Shown here: one piece after another, positions 1 through 9,537 of the stretch
How positions within the stretch are numbered: the stretch's first letter is position 1
Layout of the letters: every line of letters begins with the position of its first letter
Notes under the pieces: generated by a model
Told to the model about the DNA's origin: nothing
What the model saw: only the letters and a program-made list of their open reading frames with translations
The model's database searches: none
Made by a program: the position numbers and the translations under genes
From: Octopus sinensis
Taxonomy: Eukaryota
NCBI RefSeq assembly: GCF_006345805.1
Contig: NC_042999.1
Coordinates: 136,524,001 to 136,588,000 of the forward strand
Direction: 5' to 3'
DNA length: 64,000 nucleotides

Positions 1-219
1 TATTCTTAAATAGAGAAGAGGTAATTGAAGCATTCAGACAGTTTATAACAGGAAAAGATGAATTTTTTTTGAAGATGGAATATATGACATAGAGAAATAT
101 TGGGTAAACATCATAAATGAATATGGATCAAATTTTTATTAAATAAATCAGTTCTCCAACACTTCTGAAACATTTCTTTGTTACCTTTCAAATACAACAT
201 TTCATGTGAAACAACCTAA
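1..219 (+). mobile_element. 3' end of a decayed mariner DNA transposon (transposase C-terminus plus right TIR)
   Basis: With one frameshift, reads FLNREEVIEAFRQFITGKDEFF-EDGIYDIEKYWVNIINEYGSNFY*, resembling the mariner C-terminus (F..EEV..AF..FI..K...F...GI..L..RW.K.....G.YF). Ends in ...ACAACCTAA followed by TA. Confidence 0.7.
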
Positions 220-222
220 TAT

Positions 223-665
223 ATCATCATCATCATTATCATCATCATCATTTAACGTCCACTTTCCATGTTGGCATGGGTTGGATGGTTTGACTGAGGA
301 CTGGTGAGCCAGAGGCTGCACAAGGCTCAATCTGATCAGCAAAGTTTCTACAGCTGGATACCCTTCCTAACAACAACTACTCCATGAGTGTAGTGGGTGC
401 ATTTACGTGCCACTGGCATGAGGGCCAGTCAGGTGGTTCTGGAAACGACCATGCTCAAAAGGTGTTTTTACATGCTACCTGCACAGGAGCCAGTCCGGCG
501 GCACTGGCAACAACCACACTCAAATGTTGTTTTTCATGTGCCACCAGCACATGTTCCAGTAAGGCAACACTGGCAACGATCATGCTCGAATGGTGCTTTT
601 CACATTTCATAAGTGGGCCGGTTACATCCTACATTCGGATGTGCTTTTAACATTCCACTGGCATG
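223..665 (-). mobile_element. RTE LINE 3' UTR/tail fragment ((GAT)n tail, several hairpin modules)
   Basis: Reverse complement of the tail that follows the RTE ORFs at 20980-21180 and 30030-30473 (…aaggg[c/t]atccagc…ggacgttaaa(tga)n). Confidence 0.85.
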
Positions 666-691
666 AGTGTATATATGTATGTATGTATATA

Positions 692-753
<62 letters not shown>

Positions 754-1152
754 TATATATGCATATATATACATATATACACATACATATCCATAGAAGG
801 CAGATATTAAATTATGATGATGATGATATTCATATATATACATACACACACACACATATACACATATATACATATATATGCACATATATATACACACACG
901 TATATATACAAACATACATATATATATATACATACATATATACATACATGTATATATATACATACATATATACACATACATACATAAATATACATATACA
1001 TCCATATATGTACATATATACATACATATATACTTTTACATATACACATATCTACATAAACATGTACATGCAAATATATGTATGCTTGTATGTATGTATG
1101 TATGTATGTATGTATGTATGTATGTATGTATGTATGTATGTATGTATGTATG
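666..1152. repeat. Compound (TA)n/(CA)n/(TATG)n microsatellite
   Basis: Directly visible; explains the Y/I/M/V/C-rich ORFs here. Confidence 0.95.
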
Positions 1153-2401
1153 TATTGATAGAAGCACTACAAATTTATTAAATCATGTGTGAGCATGCAC
1201 TCCATGAATTTGGTAAAAATTGTCATTATTGTTTATGCAGTGGAGACTACTTGCGGCAAGATATTTTAAAGAAACCAAATGTTTAGTCAGAGCAGAATGG
1301 ATGAAATCTAATCCAATTGGTTAGATACAATGGATCTGCCAGCTTGAGTATAAACAAACTGATATCTATTGAAGAAATAATCTCTTATCTACTCCATTAA
1401 TATTACATATAACTCCTATTTAGTGAATATTTGAAGTAGTTAATTGAATGAAAAGCGTTAGCAATATTCTGTTAAATATACTGATTGTGCTCTTAAGACT
1501 GAACTATGTAGACAGTTTATCAATACAAGATATGAATTGGATTATTGTCAAATACACAGAAATGCACACAGATCAGTTCAGATTGTTTACTTCACAGTAA
1601 TTTTACAAATTATTGATTCAAGAAAGTTAGTTGTAAAATTTCAGCTTCGTTGATTTGAAAATTCAGCAATATAAAAACAATTATCTTTATTTATTTTGAG
1701 ATGATGTGGAGATAAATGATGCAGTTATTTATGAAAAATAAAAGAGAAAAATAGAACAGTGAAAAACTAACTGAGACCCTAATGTGTTGTTGAAGCAATG
1801 CTTAATAGCAAAAATAAAGATAACAACCAGAATTCAATTATAGATAACATTGTAAGGGGGTTTATTTTCATTTGTATCACAGAAATACATCTTTCAACCA
1901 AAATATCTTACAAAGTTGATCAAATACTCAATTTTGATCAAATTAGTTGAATTTACAGAATATTTTCTGCGTGTCTTTATTCTTAAAATGCAGTTTAACA
2001 GACTGAATAGGAACCTATTTAATGTTATTATAAAGTGCCAATAAGACAGGAGTCACTTGTATCTTCAACCCACAAGATTCCATATGAATGATTATTTAAT
2101 TTCAATTTGTGCTAAGAAATTCTCACTTTTTCCTTTTAAATGTCATGGCTATATTCAATTAATGCTAAACTGAAGCTATAGCACCTGCCAAATGTTGGTA
2201 GCAACAAGAAAATATCTATTCATCTCAAAGGTTTTCAGAATGTGTGTGTGGGAAGAAGAGAAGGGGAAGAAGGAAAGCAACAAAGCAATTTTATGGCGCT
2301 CTGAATTATGTGACAGTTCACAAGTTGAAAATCTGATATAATTATATTACCGAGATTTTTTATCATTATGATATGTATATGTATATATATATATATATAT
2401 C

Positions 2402-2449
2402 ATGCTAGCATGGAAAGCGGACGTTAAACGATGATGATGATGATGATGA
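2402..2449 (+). mobile_element. Very short 5'-truncated RTE tail inside (TA)n
   Basis: catgctagcatggaaagcggacgttaaac(gat)n, closely matching the RTE 3' terminus at 21130-21180. Confidence 0.8.
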
Positions 2450-2479
2450 TATATATATATACCGGAGATATATATACGT

Positions 2480-2533
2480 GAAACTCAGATTAACAGGTTT
2501 TGTTGAATTTTCTGCTGCTTTAAATAAAGTATA
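2480..2533 (+). mobile_element. Penelope-like terminal fragment (3' half of hammerhead-like motif plus AATAAA)
   Basis: gaaactcagattaacaggttttgttgaattttctgctgctttaaataaagtata matches 36743-36795 almost exactly. Confidence 0.55.
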
Positions 2534-2536
2534 TAG

Positions 2537-2584
<48 letters not shown>

Positions 2585-2595
2585 AGGGGGGGGGA

Positions 2596-2625
<30 letters not shown>
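2534..2625. repeat. (GATA)n/(GA)n/(GACA)n compound microsatellite
   Basis: Directly visible. Confidence 0.95.
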
Positions 2626-2626
<1 letters not shown>

Positions 2627-3454
2627 GTGGGAATGTGCTTCAGGGGGACTTTCAAAACATTTTGATGCATTTCATTATATCATGTTACCTTTATTTCTAT
2701 ATAGAGACATAGTCACTCAAATTTAATTGAAAATCCAGTAATATACGCAACTATTGTTTGTTGTCCTATACTACAATTGTTGTCTTACATTAAAATTCTG
2801 TTATTTATTCCAACTGAACAATGGATAAATTTTTCAAAAAAAAAAAAATTTAAATAATCTTCTATTTCACTGAATTTACTTGTAGTTAAGTATAATTAGA
2901 GTTGTATTGAGACAAAAATTCCATTATAGATTTATGTAAGAACCTTTTGTTAAGTTTTGTTTCAAACATCACTTTAATATGTCAATAAACATAAAAGTTA
3001 TGGTTGTTTTTGAAAATAGTCTGAACACACAATAATTTTACAATTTAAATGAAATGCACAGGTTGTGTATTCTGGTGAGAAATACAGTAATGGCTGTGAA
3101 TATGTCCTCCCGCTCACATGGGAATTAATAAATGAATATTATAACAATAACTCAGAATTGCACATACATTTAGAGATATTTTGATACCTCTTAATTATTC
3201 AAACTTACTCGCTATATAGACACTTTAAAACACCCTCAAATCAACTCTGAAATGTTATAAAATGTGAGAACTTATACGAAATGTTCTCTACTAAAATGCA
3301 GGTGCTTTTGTTGAGAAACTACATTTCTAAATGGCTCTTTCTAAAGTAGGCTGAATTCAGGTGTTCACTTCTGCCAGCTATTATAAGATGTTTGCTGCCT
3401 CTAAAATTCTGTGTTATATCATTCTAGCAGAAATTCTATTTTGGCTTTCATGCA

Positions 3455-3808
3455 TCTTTTATCTTGTATTTGCTTCCATCATTTGACTGTGGCCATGCTG
3501 GGGCACTCCTTCAAAGAATTTTTTTTAGTCAAATGAATCAACCCCAGTACTTATTTTTTGTTAAACCAGTCTCTATTCACCAATCCACCAAGTTACAGGC
3601 GTGTAAACACACAAACACCGGTTGTCAAGCAGTAGTAGGGGTCAAATGCACACACACACACACTCACATACAACAGGCGTATTTCAGTTTCTGTTAGCCA
3701 AAAACCAACTCACAAGGCTTTGGTTGGCTCAAGGTGCCACACTGTGGGACTGAACCTGGAACTATGTGGTTGGGAAGTAAACTTCTTACCACACAGCCAT
3801 GCCTGTGT
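3455..3808 (-). mobile_element. tRNA-derived SINE, family A (head + microsatellite + tail)
   Basis: Reverse complement of the ggctgtgtggtaag…ggttcagtccc head (A/B-box-like) and the ccagcatggccacagtcaaatgactgaaac tail seen in more than 10 copies in the window. Confidence 0.85.
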
Positions 3809-4183
3809 CTGTTTACTTATTATTATTATTTCATTTTCTGCACTGAATATAGAGCATAAAGGTTCTGCCAGCACCTAGCTTACATGCCAATGAAAATAAA
3901 TTTCCAAACAATATTAGGGTGTTGAATCCTTGCTCTTTGCAAAGATCCATGGTGTTGTGACATTACAGCCATCTGATAATTGGTAGGCATGAGGTTTGAT
4001 TCCCCAAAGTTGGTTTTGCCTAATTTTTTCCATCAGAGGAATATTTTACCTGATATATTATTAACTATTATTTATAGCTGCATTAACATTTGAACAGCTT
4101 CATCAAAAGACATAAGTGTTTGTGTATGTGCGTGCACACATATATATGTGTAAATATATATTTATATATATATATATATATAA

Positions 4184-4570
4184 GTGCAGGAGTGGCTGTG
4201 TGGTAAGTAGCTTGCTTACCAACCACATGGTTCCAGTTCATCCCACTGCCTGTCACCTTGGGCAACTGTCTTCTACTATAGCCTTGGGTCGACTAAAGCC
4301 TTAAGTCTTGTGAGTGGGTTTAATAGATGGAAACTAAAAGATACAAATGAGCGTGTGTTTGTGTGTCAATGTTTGCACCTCCATCATCGTTAACAACCGA
4401 TGTTGGTGTGTTTACATCCCTGTAACTTAGCAGTTTGGCAAAAAAAAAAGCAATAGAATAAGCACTAAGATTACAAAGAATAAGTCCTGGGGTCGATTTG
4501 TTTGACTGAAAGGCAGTACTGCCATAGTTAAATGAATGGAACAAAAAAAAGAATAAAGGAATAAAAGAGT
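4184..4570 (+). mobile_element. SINE family A
   Basis: gtgcaggagtggctgtgtggtaagtagcttgcttaccaaccacatggttcc head; tail ending aaaagagta. Confidence 0.85.
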
Positions 4571-4575
4571 ATACG

Positions 4576-4607
<32 letters not shown>

Positions 4608-4904
4608 TATATGCATATAGATATGTATATATATATGCATATACATACATAAATATATATATATATATATATAAATTTATATATGAGGATAATATCGATA
4701 TTTAAGTGTCGAAATTATCAAGTGGCCAGCATGAAAGAAATACTTTACAAAGAAATCCTTGGATCTTGAATTATTCAATAATTTTTGCTTGTATGTTTTG
4801 TCCCTCCGCTTTACCTCATGGTGCGATATGAACATTTAACGTGGTTTTATAGTCAGAGTTTCGACTGCTATTTCGGCATGTTGGTGTCTTTTAGACACAC
4901 TCAT

Positions 4905-4940
<36 letters not shown>

Positions 4941-4972
4941 AAGTGTATGTATGTGCATATATATATATATAT

Positions 4973-5004
<32 letters not shown>

Positions 5005-5009
5005 CATAT

Positions 5010-5055
<46 letters not shown>

Positions 5056-5440
5056 TTTACTCTTTTACTTGTTTCAGTTATTTGACTGTGGCCATGCTGG
5101 AGCACCACCTTTAGTCAAACAAATCAACCCCAGAACTTATTCTTATAGTCTCTTTTGCTGAACTGCTAAGTTACGGAGATGTAAATACACAAACATCAGT
5201 TGTCAAGCAGTGGAGGAGGAACAAACACAGGCACACAAATACATATATATATATATATATACATATATACACACACACATGATGGGCATCTTTCAGTTTC
5301 CATCTACCAAATCCACTCACAAGGCATTGGTCGACCTGAGGTTTTAGTAGAAGACACTTGTTCAAGGTGCAACACAGTGGGACTGAACCCAGAACCATGT
5401 TGTTGGGCAGCATGCTTCTTACCGTACAGTCACTCCTGCA
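5056..5440 (-). mobile_element. SINE family A
   Basis: Head and tail both present around an internal (TA)/(CA) tract. Confidence 0.85.
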
Positions 5441-5471
5441 TACATATGAGTGTGTGTGTGTGTATATATAT

Positions 5472-5585
5472 AATTGCAGTGTGGAAGGTGTTTATAAGCC
5501 ATTTAAGAAACACCTTCCACGCTACAATTGTTTTCGTTCCAGCACATGATCTCAGATCAAGTCACTCGCTATGCAAGTACATCTC

Positions 5586-5590
<5 letters not shown>
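5472..5590 (-). mobile_element. Fold-back fragment of a repeat also present at 35882-36091 (probably Penelope-like terminal region)
   Basis: 5514-5588 is the reverse complement of 35884-35962. 5472-5535 forms a hairpin. Flanked by (TA)n. Confidence 0.55.
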
Positions 5591-5623
<33 letters not shown>

Positions 5624-5697
5624 GGAGAGTTCTCTCCGGAGAACTCTCCGTAGCAAAAAAACAAGGATAACGCTATTAAAGATAAACATTACGTCGC

Positions 5698-5736
5698 AAG
5701 AAATTTGAAGAGCTAAATGCGAAACCGGCCTTTCTT
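5698..5736 (+). ncRNA. Minimal type-I hammerhead-like motif (U3 variant; cleavage triplet GCC in this copy)
   Basis: aagaaa-t-TTGAAGA-gc taaat gc-GAAA-ccgg-cc-tttctt: stem I aagaaa/tttctt, palindromic stem III. Confidence 0.4.
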
Positions 5737-6088
5737 TAAAAATTATAAAATTATGTCATTATAAGAAGGGAAAAAAATTTTTCCAATATTCTCCAGACAT
5801 ATTGACGCAAATATATATATTCTTTAACATTTAAGCCTTCTGTCGTTTTTTCACTCTTTACTATTTTCTTATATATTCACCCACGTGCTTTCACAAACAA
5901 ACTTTCTTATCTATATATATATAGATTGTTTGTGAAAGCACGTGGGTGAATATATAAGAAAATAGTAAAGAGTGAAAAAACGACAGAAGGCTTAAATGTT
6001 AAAGAATATATATATTTGCGTCAATATGTCTGGAGAATATTGGAAAAATTTTTTCCCTTCTTATAATGACATAATTTTATAATTTTTA

Positions 6089-6127
6089 AAGAAAGACCGG
6101 TTTCGCATTTAGCTCTTCAAATTTCTT
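6089..6127 (-). ncRNA. Minimal type-I hammerhead-like motif (U3 variant, GUC site)
   Basis: Minus strand reads aagaaatTTGAAGAgctaaatgcGAAAccgGTCtttctt. Confidence 0.5.
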
Positions 6128-6312
6128 GCGACGTAATGTTTATCTTTAATAGCATTATCCTTGTCTTTTTGCAACGGAGAGTTCTCCGGAGAGAACTCTC
6201 CGTAGCAAAAAAACAAGGATAACGCTATTAAAGATAAACATTACGTCGCAAGAGAGAACTCTCTGTAGCAAAAAAACAAGGATAACGCTATTAAAGATAA
6301 ACATTACGTTGC

Positions 6313-6351
6313 AAGAAATTTGAAGAGCTAAATGCGAAACCGGTCTTTCTT
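6313..6351 (+). ncRNA. Minimal type-I hammerhead-like motif (U3 variant, GUC site)
   Basis: aagaaatTTGAAGAgctaaatgcGAAAccgGTCtttctt. Confidence 0.5.
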
Positions 6352-6482
6352 TAAAAATTATAAAATTATGTCATTATAAGAAGGGAAAAAAATTTTTCCA
6401 ATATTCTCCAGACATATTGACGCAAATATATATATTCTTTAACATTTAAGCCTTCTGTCGTTTTTTCACTCTTTATTATTTT

Positions 6483-6544
<62 letters not shown>

Positions 6545-6582
6545 TATATACATATATATATATATACACATATACATATATA

Positions 6583-6657
6583 ACAAACCAGGAAAATGGG
6601 AACGTTTTTGGTATTTTTTAATAATAATACCAAAAATTTCCATTTTCCTGCTTTGTT
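6583..6657. repeat. Imperfect inverted repeat (~33-bp arms) next to (TA)n
   Basis: acaaaccaggaaaatgggaacgtttttggtatt / aataccaaaaatttccattttcctgctttgt. Confidence 0.75.
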
Positions 6658-6910
6658 GTATGCTAATTCTGCCAATAATATTACCATAATTCACAATTTT
6701 AATATGTATATTAATTAACATAAAACAGTAACTATGGATACATATTGATTATAATAATGGAATAAGGAGATGCACTTCTATGGGAAACAACTGGGATTTA
6801 CCCTAACTAATGATATAATGTATTTTTTTATTTTATTTTATTTTATCTAGTTTCAGCTCACGAGCTGTGGCCATGCTGGGGCACCACCATGTATGTATGA
6901 ATGTATATAT

Positions 6911-7160
6911 CATCATCATCATCATCATCATCATCATCGTTTAACGTCCGTTTTCCGCGCTAGCACGGGTTGGACGGTTTCGACCGGGGGCTGGGGAGCT
7001 CGGGACTGCCCCAGGCTCCAGTCTAGTCTGGCAGTGTTTCTACAGCTGGATGCCCTTCCTAACGCCAACCACTCCGCGAGTGTAGTGGGTGTTTTTTACG
7101 TGCCACCTGCACAGGTGCCAGAGGGGTCTGGCATCGGCCACGTTCGGATGGTGCTTTTTA
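6911..7160 (-). mobile_element. RTE LINE 3' tail fragment (CpG-rich, apparently young)
   Basis: (cat)n cgtttaacgtccgttttccgcgctagcacgggttggacgg…, the reverse complement of the RTE tail. Confidence 0.85.
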
Positions 7161-7161
7161 T

Positions 7162-7795
7162 GGGGGGGGTGCAGAAATATAGGGGAGCACCAGTGGGAGG
7201 GGTGGTTCAGAGGACAGGTTCTAGGCAAGTAGAACGTAGGAAATCGAGAGAGGGGTAATGCATGGTGAAATAGCGTATTGAAGAGGGGGGTTCAAAGAGT
7301 AGACACCTATAATGGTGGTGGGGGGTGCAGAAATATAGGGGAGCACCAGTGGGAGGGGTGGTTCAGAGGACAGGTTCTAGGCAAGTAGAACGTAGGATAT
7401 CGAGAGAGGGGTAATGCATGGTGAAATAGCGTATTGAAGAGGGGGGTTCAAAGAGTAGACACCTATAATGGTGGTGGGGGGGTGCAGAAATATAGGGGAG
7501 CACCAGTGGGAGGGGTGGTTCAGAGGACAGGTTCTAGGCAAGTAGAACGTAGGATATCGAAAGAGGGGTAATGCATGGTGAAATAGCGTATTGAAGAGGG
7601 GGGTTCAAAGAGTAGACACCTATAATGGTGGTGGTGGGGGGTGCAGAAATATAGGGGAGCACCAGTGGGAGGGGTGGTTCAGAGGACAGGTTCTAGACAA
7701 GTAGAACGTAGGATATCGAGAGAGGGGTAATGCATGGTGAAATAGCATATTGAAGAGGGGGGTTCAAAGAGTAGACACCTATAATGGTGGTGGGA
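7162..7795 (+). repeat. Tandem array of four ~157-bp G-rich units
   Basis: gcagaaatataggggagcacc recurs at 7171, 7327, 7484 and 7643; the units are near-identical. Confidence 0.95.
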
Positions 7796-7892
7796 GAAAC
7801 GACATCCGGTATAGTTGGAGCAAAATAGAGATATCCGGTATTGGTGGTGGTGGTGGGGGGTGGGGGGGGTGGTATATATATATATATATATA

Positions 7893-8092
7893 GGTTAATC
7901 CAAACGGGAAAACAGAAAAAACAACAACACGTGGAACAATTACAGTATTATTATTATTAGGCGCTCAGGAAAATGGAAGAAGGAGGGTATGACGTTTCGA
8001 GCGGAGCTCTTCGTCGGAAACATAGGAGAAAGAAAGATCCCGAGACGGGAGGACAGAGGAAAAAAAAAATTGCAGGTAGTCTTCACGAGGTC
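7893..8092 (-). mobile_element. Penelope-like terminal (pLTR) fragment with hammerhead-like motif, in (TA)n
   Basis: Homologous to 24412-24615 and more distantly to 62520-62700. Contains gttt-CCGACGA-a-gagc tcc gctc-GAAAC-GTC-atac on the minus strand. Confidence 0.6.
7987..8021 (-). ncRNA. Minimal hammerhead-like motif (U4C core variant)
   Basis: Core CCGACGA, 4-bp stem II, palindromic ACGU stem III, GUC site. Identical copy at 24498-24532. Confidence 0.45.
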
Positions 8093-8322
8093 ACATGTAT
8101 ATATATATATATACATACATGTATATATATATATATCATCAATGTATCATACATCCAAAAAGAAGCACACTCTACAGCACGGAGCAGTAAAGTATTAAAG
8201 AGTATTCCTGCCTCTCAGAGGGGAAGAGTTACATTTATCTTCGGCTTTAGAATCTGATGTAAAATCATTGGTCCCTCTATGACTGGATATTAACTTTATT
8301 ACTTTTATATATACATATAAGT

Positions 8323-8582
8323 TGAGGTGTGACTGTGTGATAAGAAGTTTGCTTCCTACTCACAGTGAGATTGAACTTGGAACTTTATGGCTGGGAAGCA
8401 GTGGTAAGGTACACACACACACACTGCTTGACAATCAATGTAGATTTGTGTACACACCGCTAACTTAGTGGTTTGGCAAACAGTGACCAATAGAATTAGT
8501 ACAAAGGGTTGATTTGTTTGACTAAACCCCTAAACTCTTCAAGGGAGTGCCCTAACATGCCCAGTCCAATGATTGAAACAAC
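8323..8582 (+). mobile_element. SINE family A, internally deleted and old
   Basis: Head (gtgtgactgtgtgataagaagtttgcttcc) and tail (ccagtccaatgattgaaac) both recognisable. Confidence 0.65.
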
Positions 8583-8594
8583 TAATATATATAT

Positions 8595-8876
8595 TGACTG
8601 GGGACTGGCAGCCCAGATGGCTGCACCAGGCTCCAATCTGATCTGGCAGAGTTTCTACAGCTAGATGCTCTTCCTAACACCAACCACTCCAAGAGTGTAG
8701 TGGATGCTTTTACATGCCACTGGTATGAGGGCCACTCAGGCGGTACTGGCAATGGCCATGCCCATATGGTGCTTTTTATGTGCCACCTGCACAGGAGCCA
8801 GTCCAGCGGCACTGGCAACGACCTCGCTCGAATGTTTTTTCACATGCCACCAGCACAAGTGCTAGTAAGGCGACGC
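8595..8876 (-). mobile_element. RTE 3' UTR fragment
   Basis: Same module structure as 223-665. Confidence 0.8.
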
Positions 8877-8906
8877 AGATATATACATATACATATACAT
8901 GCATAC

Positions 8907-8938
<32 letters not shown>

Positions 8939-8939
8939 A

Positions 8940-9092
8940 TGATGGGTCTCTTCCAGTTTCCATCTACCAAATCCACTCAAAAGGCTTTGGTCAGTCCAAG
9001 GCTATGGTAGAAGACACTTGCCCAAGATGCCACAAGTGGCATTCTGCTCAGAACCATGTGGTTGGGAAGCAAGCTTCTCACCACACCTGCAC
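8940..9092 (-). mobile_element. SINE family A head
   Basis: cagtttccatctaccaaatccactcaaaaggctttggtc… matches other copies. Confidence 0.8.
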
Positions 9093-9205
9093 CCAAATAT
9101 ATTTACATCCATCTATCACTCTCATCTAACACTCTTGCAGTCTTACCCACTCTTGGTGACTCTTCTATATTCATGCTCTCTTCAACTCATTCTTAAACAT
9201 GTAAC

Positions 9206-9466
9206 TGTTGCGATAAGAGTTACGACACCTCCTTGTGAGAGATAGACTGGTCCAAGTAAAGTATAAATAGTTATGATCTGAGTAATTTCAGAGTTCAGAG
9301 TCGAGTGAAATTCGTGTTAGTTCACAGTGAAGTCGGAAGATGTCGGTTGGTTAGTTCTCATGGAATATTTATTGTTGGTTTGTAAAGAGATTTATTAGTT
9401 CGTTACATTGTGTCTATTGTTGTCTGGTTATCTTATTTATTGTATGTAACAAATTATGTTACAACA
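9206..9466 (+). repeat. 5' LTR (261 bp; TATAAA at ~9262)
   Basis: Direct repeat of 13660-13898. Confidence 0.93.
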
Positions 9467-9469
9467 ATG

Positions 9470-9482
9470 TGGCGACAAGGGT
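9470..9482 (+). promoter_or_regulatory. Primer-binding site, probably tRNA-Ser(GCU)
   Basis: TGGCGACAAGGGT lies 3 nt after the LTR and is close to TGGCGACGAGGAT, the complement of the eukaryotic tRNA-Ser(GCU) 3' end. Confidence 0.7.
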
Positions 9483-9537
9483 TTTGAAGCTGAAGTAGGT
9501 TATTTAACAATTTGTTCGTGATACAACTTGTTAAATA

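Larger units (their letters stand above)
5621..6487. repeat. Palindromic concatemer of a ~280-bp hammerhead-bearing unit (U, inverted U, partial U, U) between (TA)n tracts; probably Penelope-like pseudo-LTRs
   Basis: 5621-5900 is nearly the exact reverse complement of 5926-6203. Forward copies restart at 6191 and 6254. A 14-bp-arm hairpin lies at 5621-5652 and recurs at 6174-6203. Confidence 0.9.

Noticed and set aside
590-1192. Long Y/I/M/C/V/H-rich ORFs (also at 23173-24451, 26866-27200, 31020-31443, 63663-63944)
   Set aside because: They are translations of (TA)n/(CA)n/(TATG)n microsatellites.
1241-1319. Possible plus-strand exon (WRLLAARYFKETKCLVRAEWMKSNPI)
   Set aside because: AG/GT boundaries exist, but the donor is weak and there is no recognisable homology or partner exon.
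7162-7795. CRISPR array or retrozyme interpretation of the tandem repeat
   Set aside because: There are no unique spacers, the context is eukaryotic, and I found no hammerhead or twister core on either strand.
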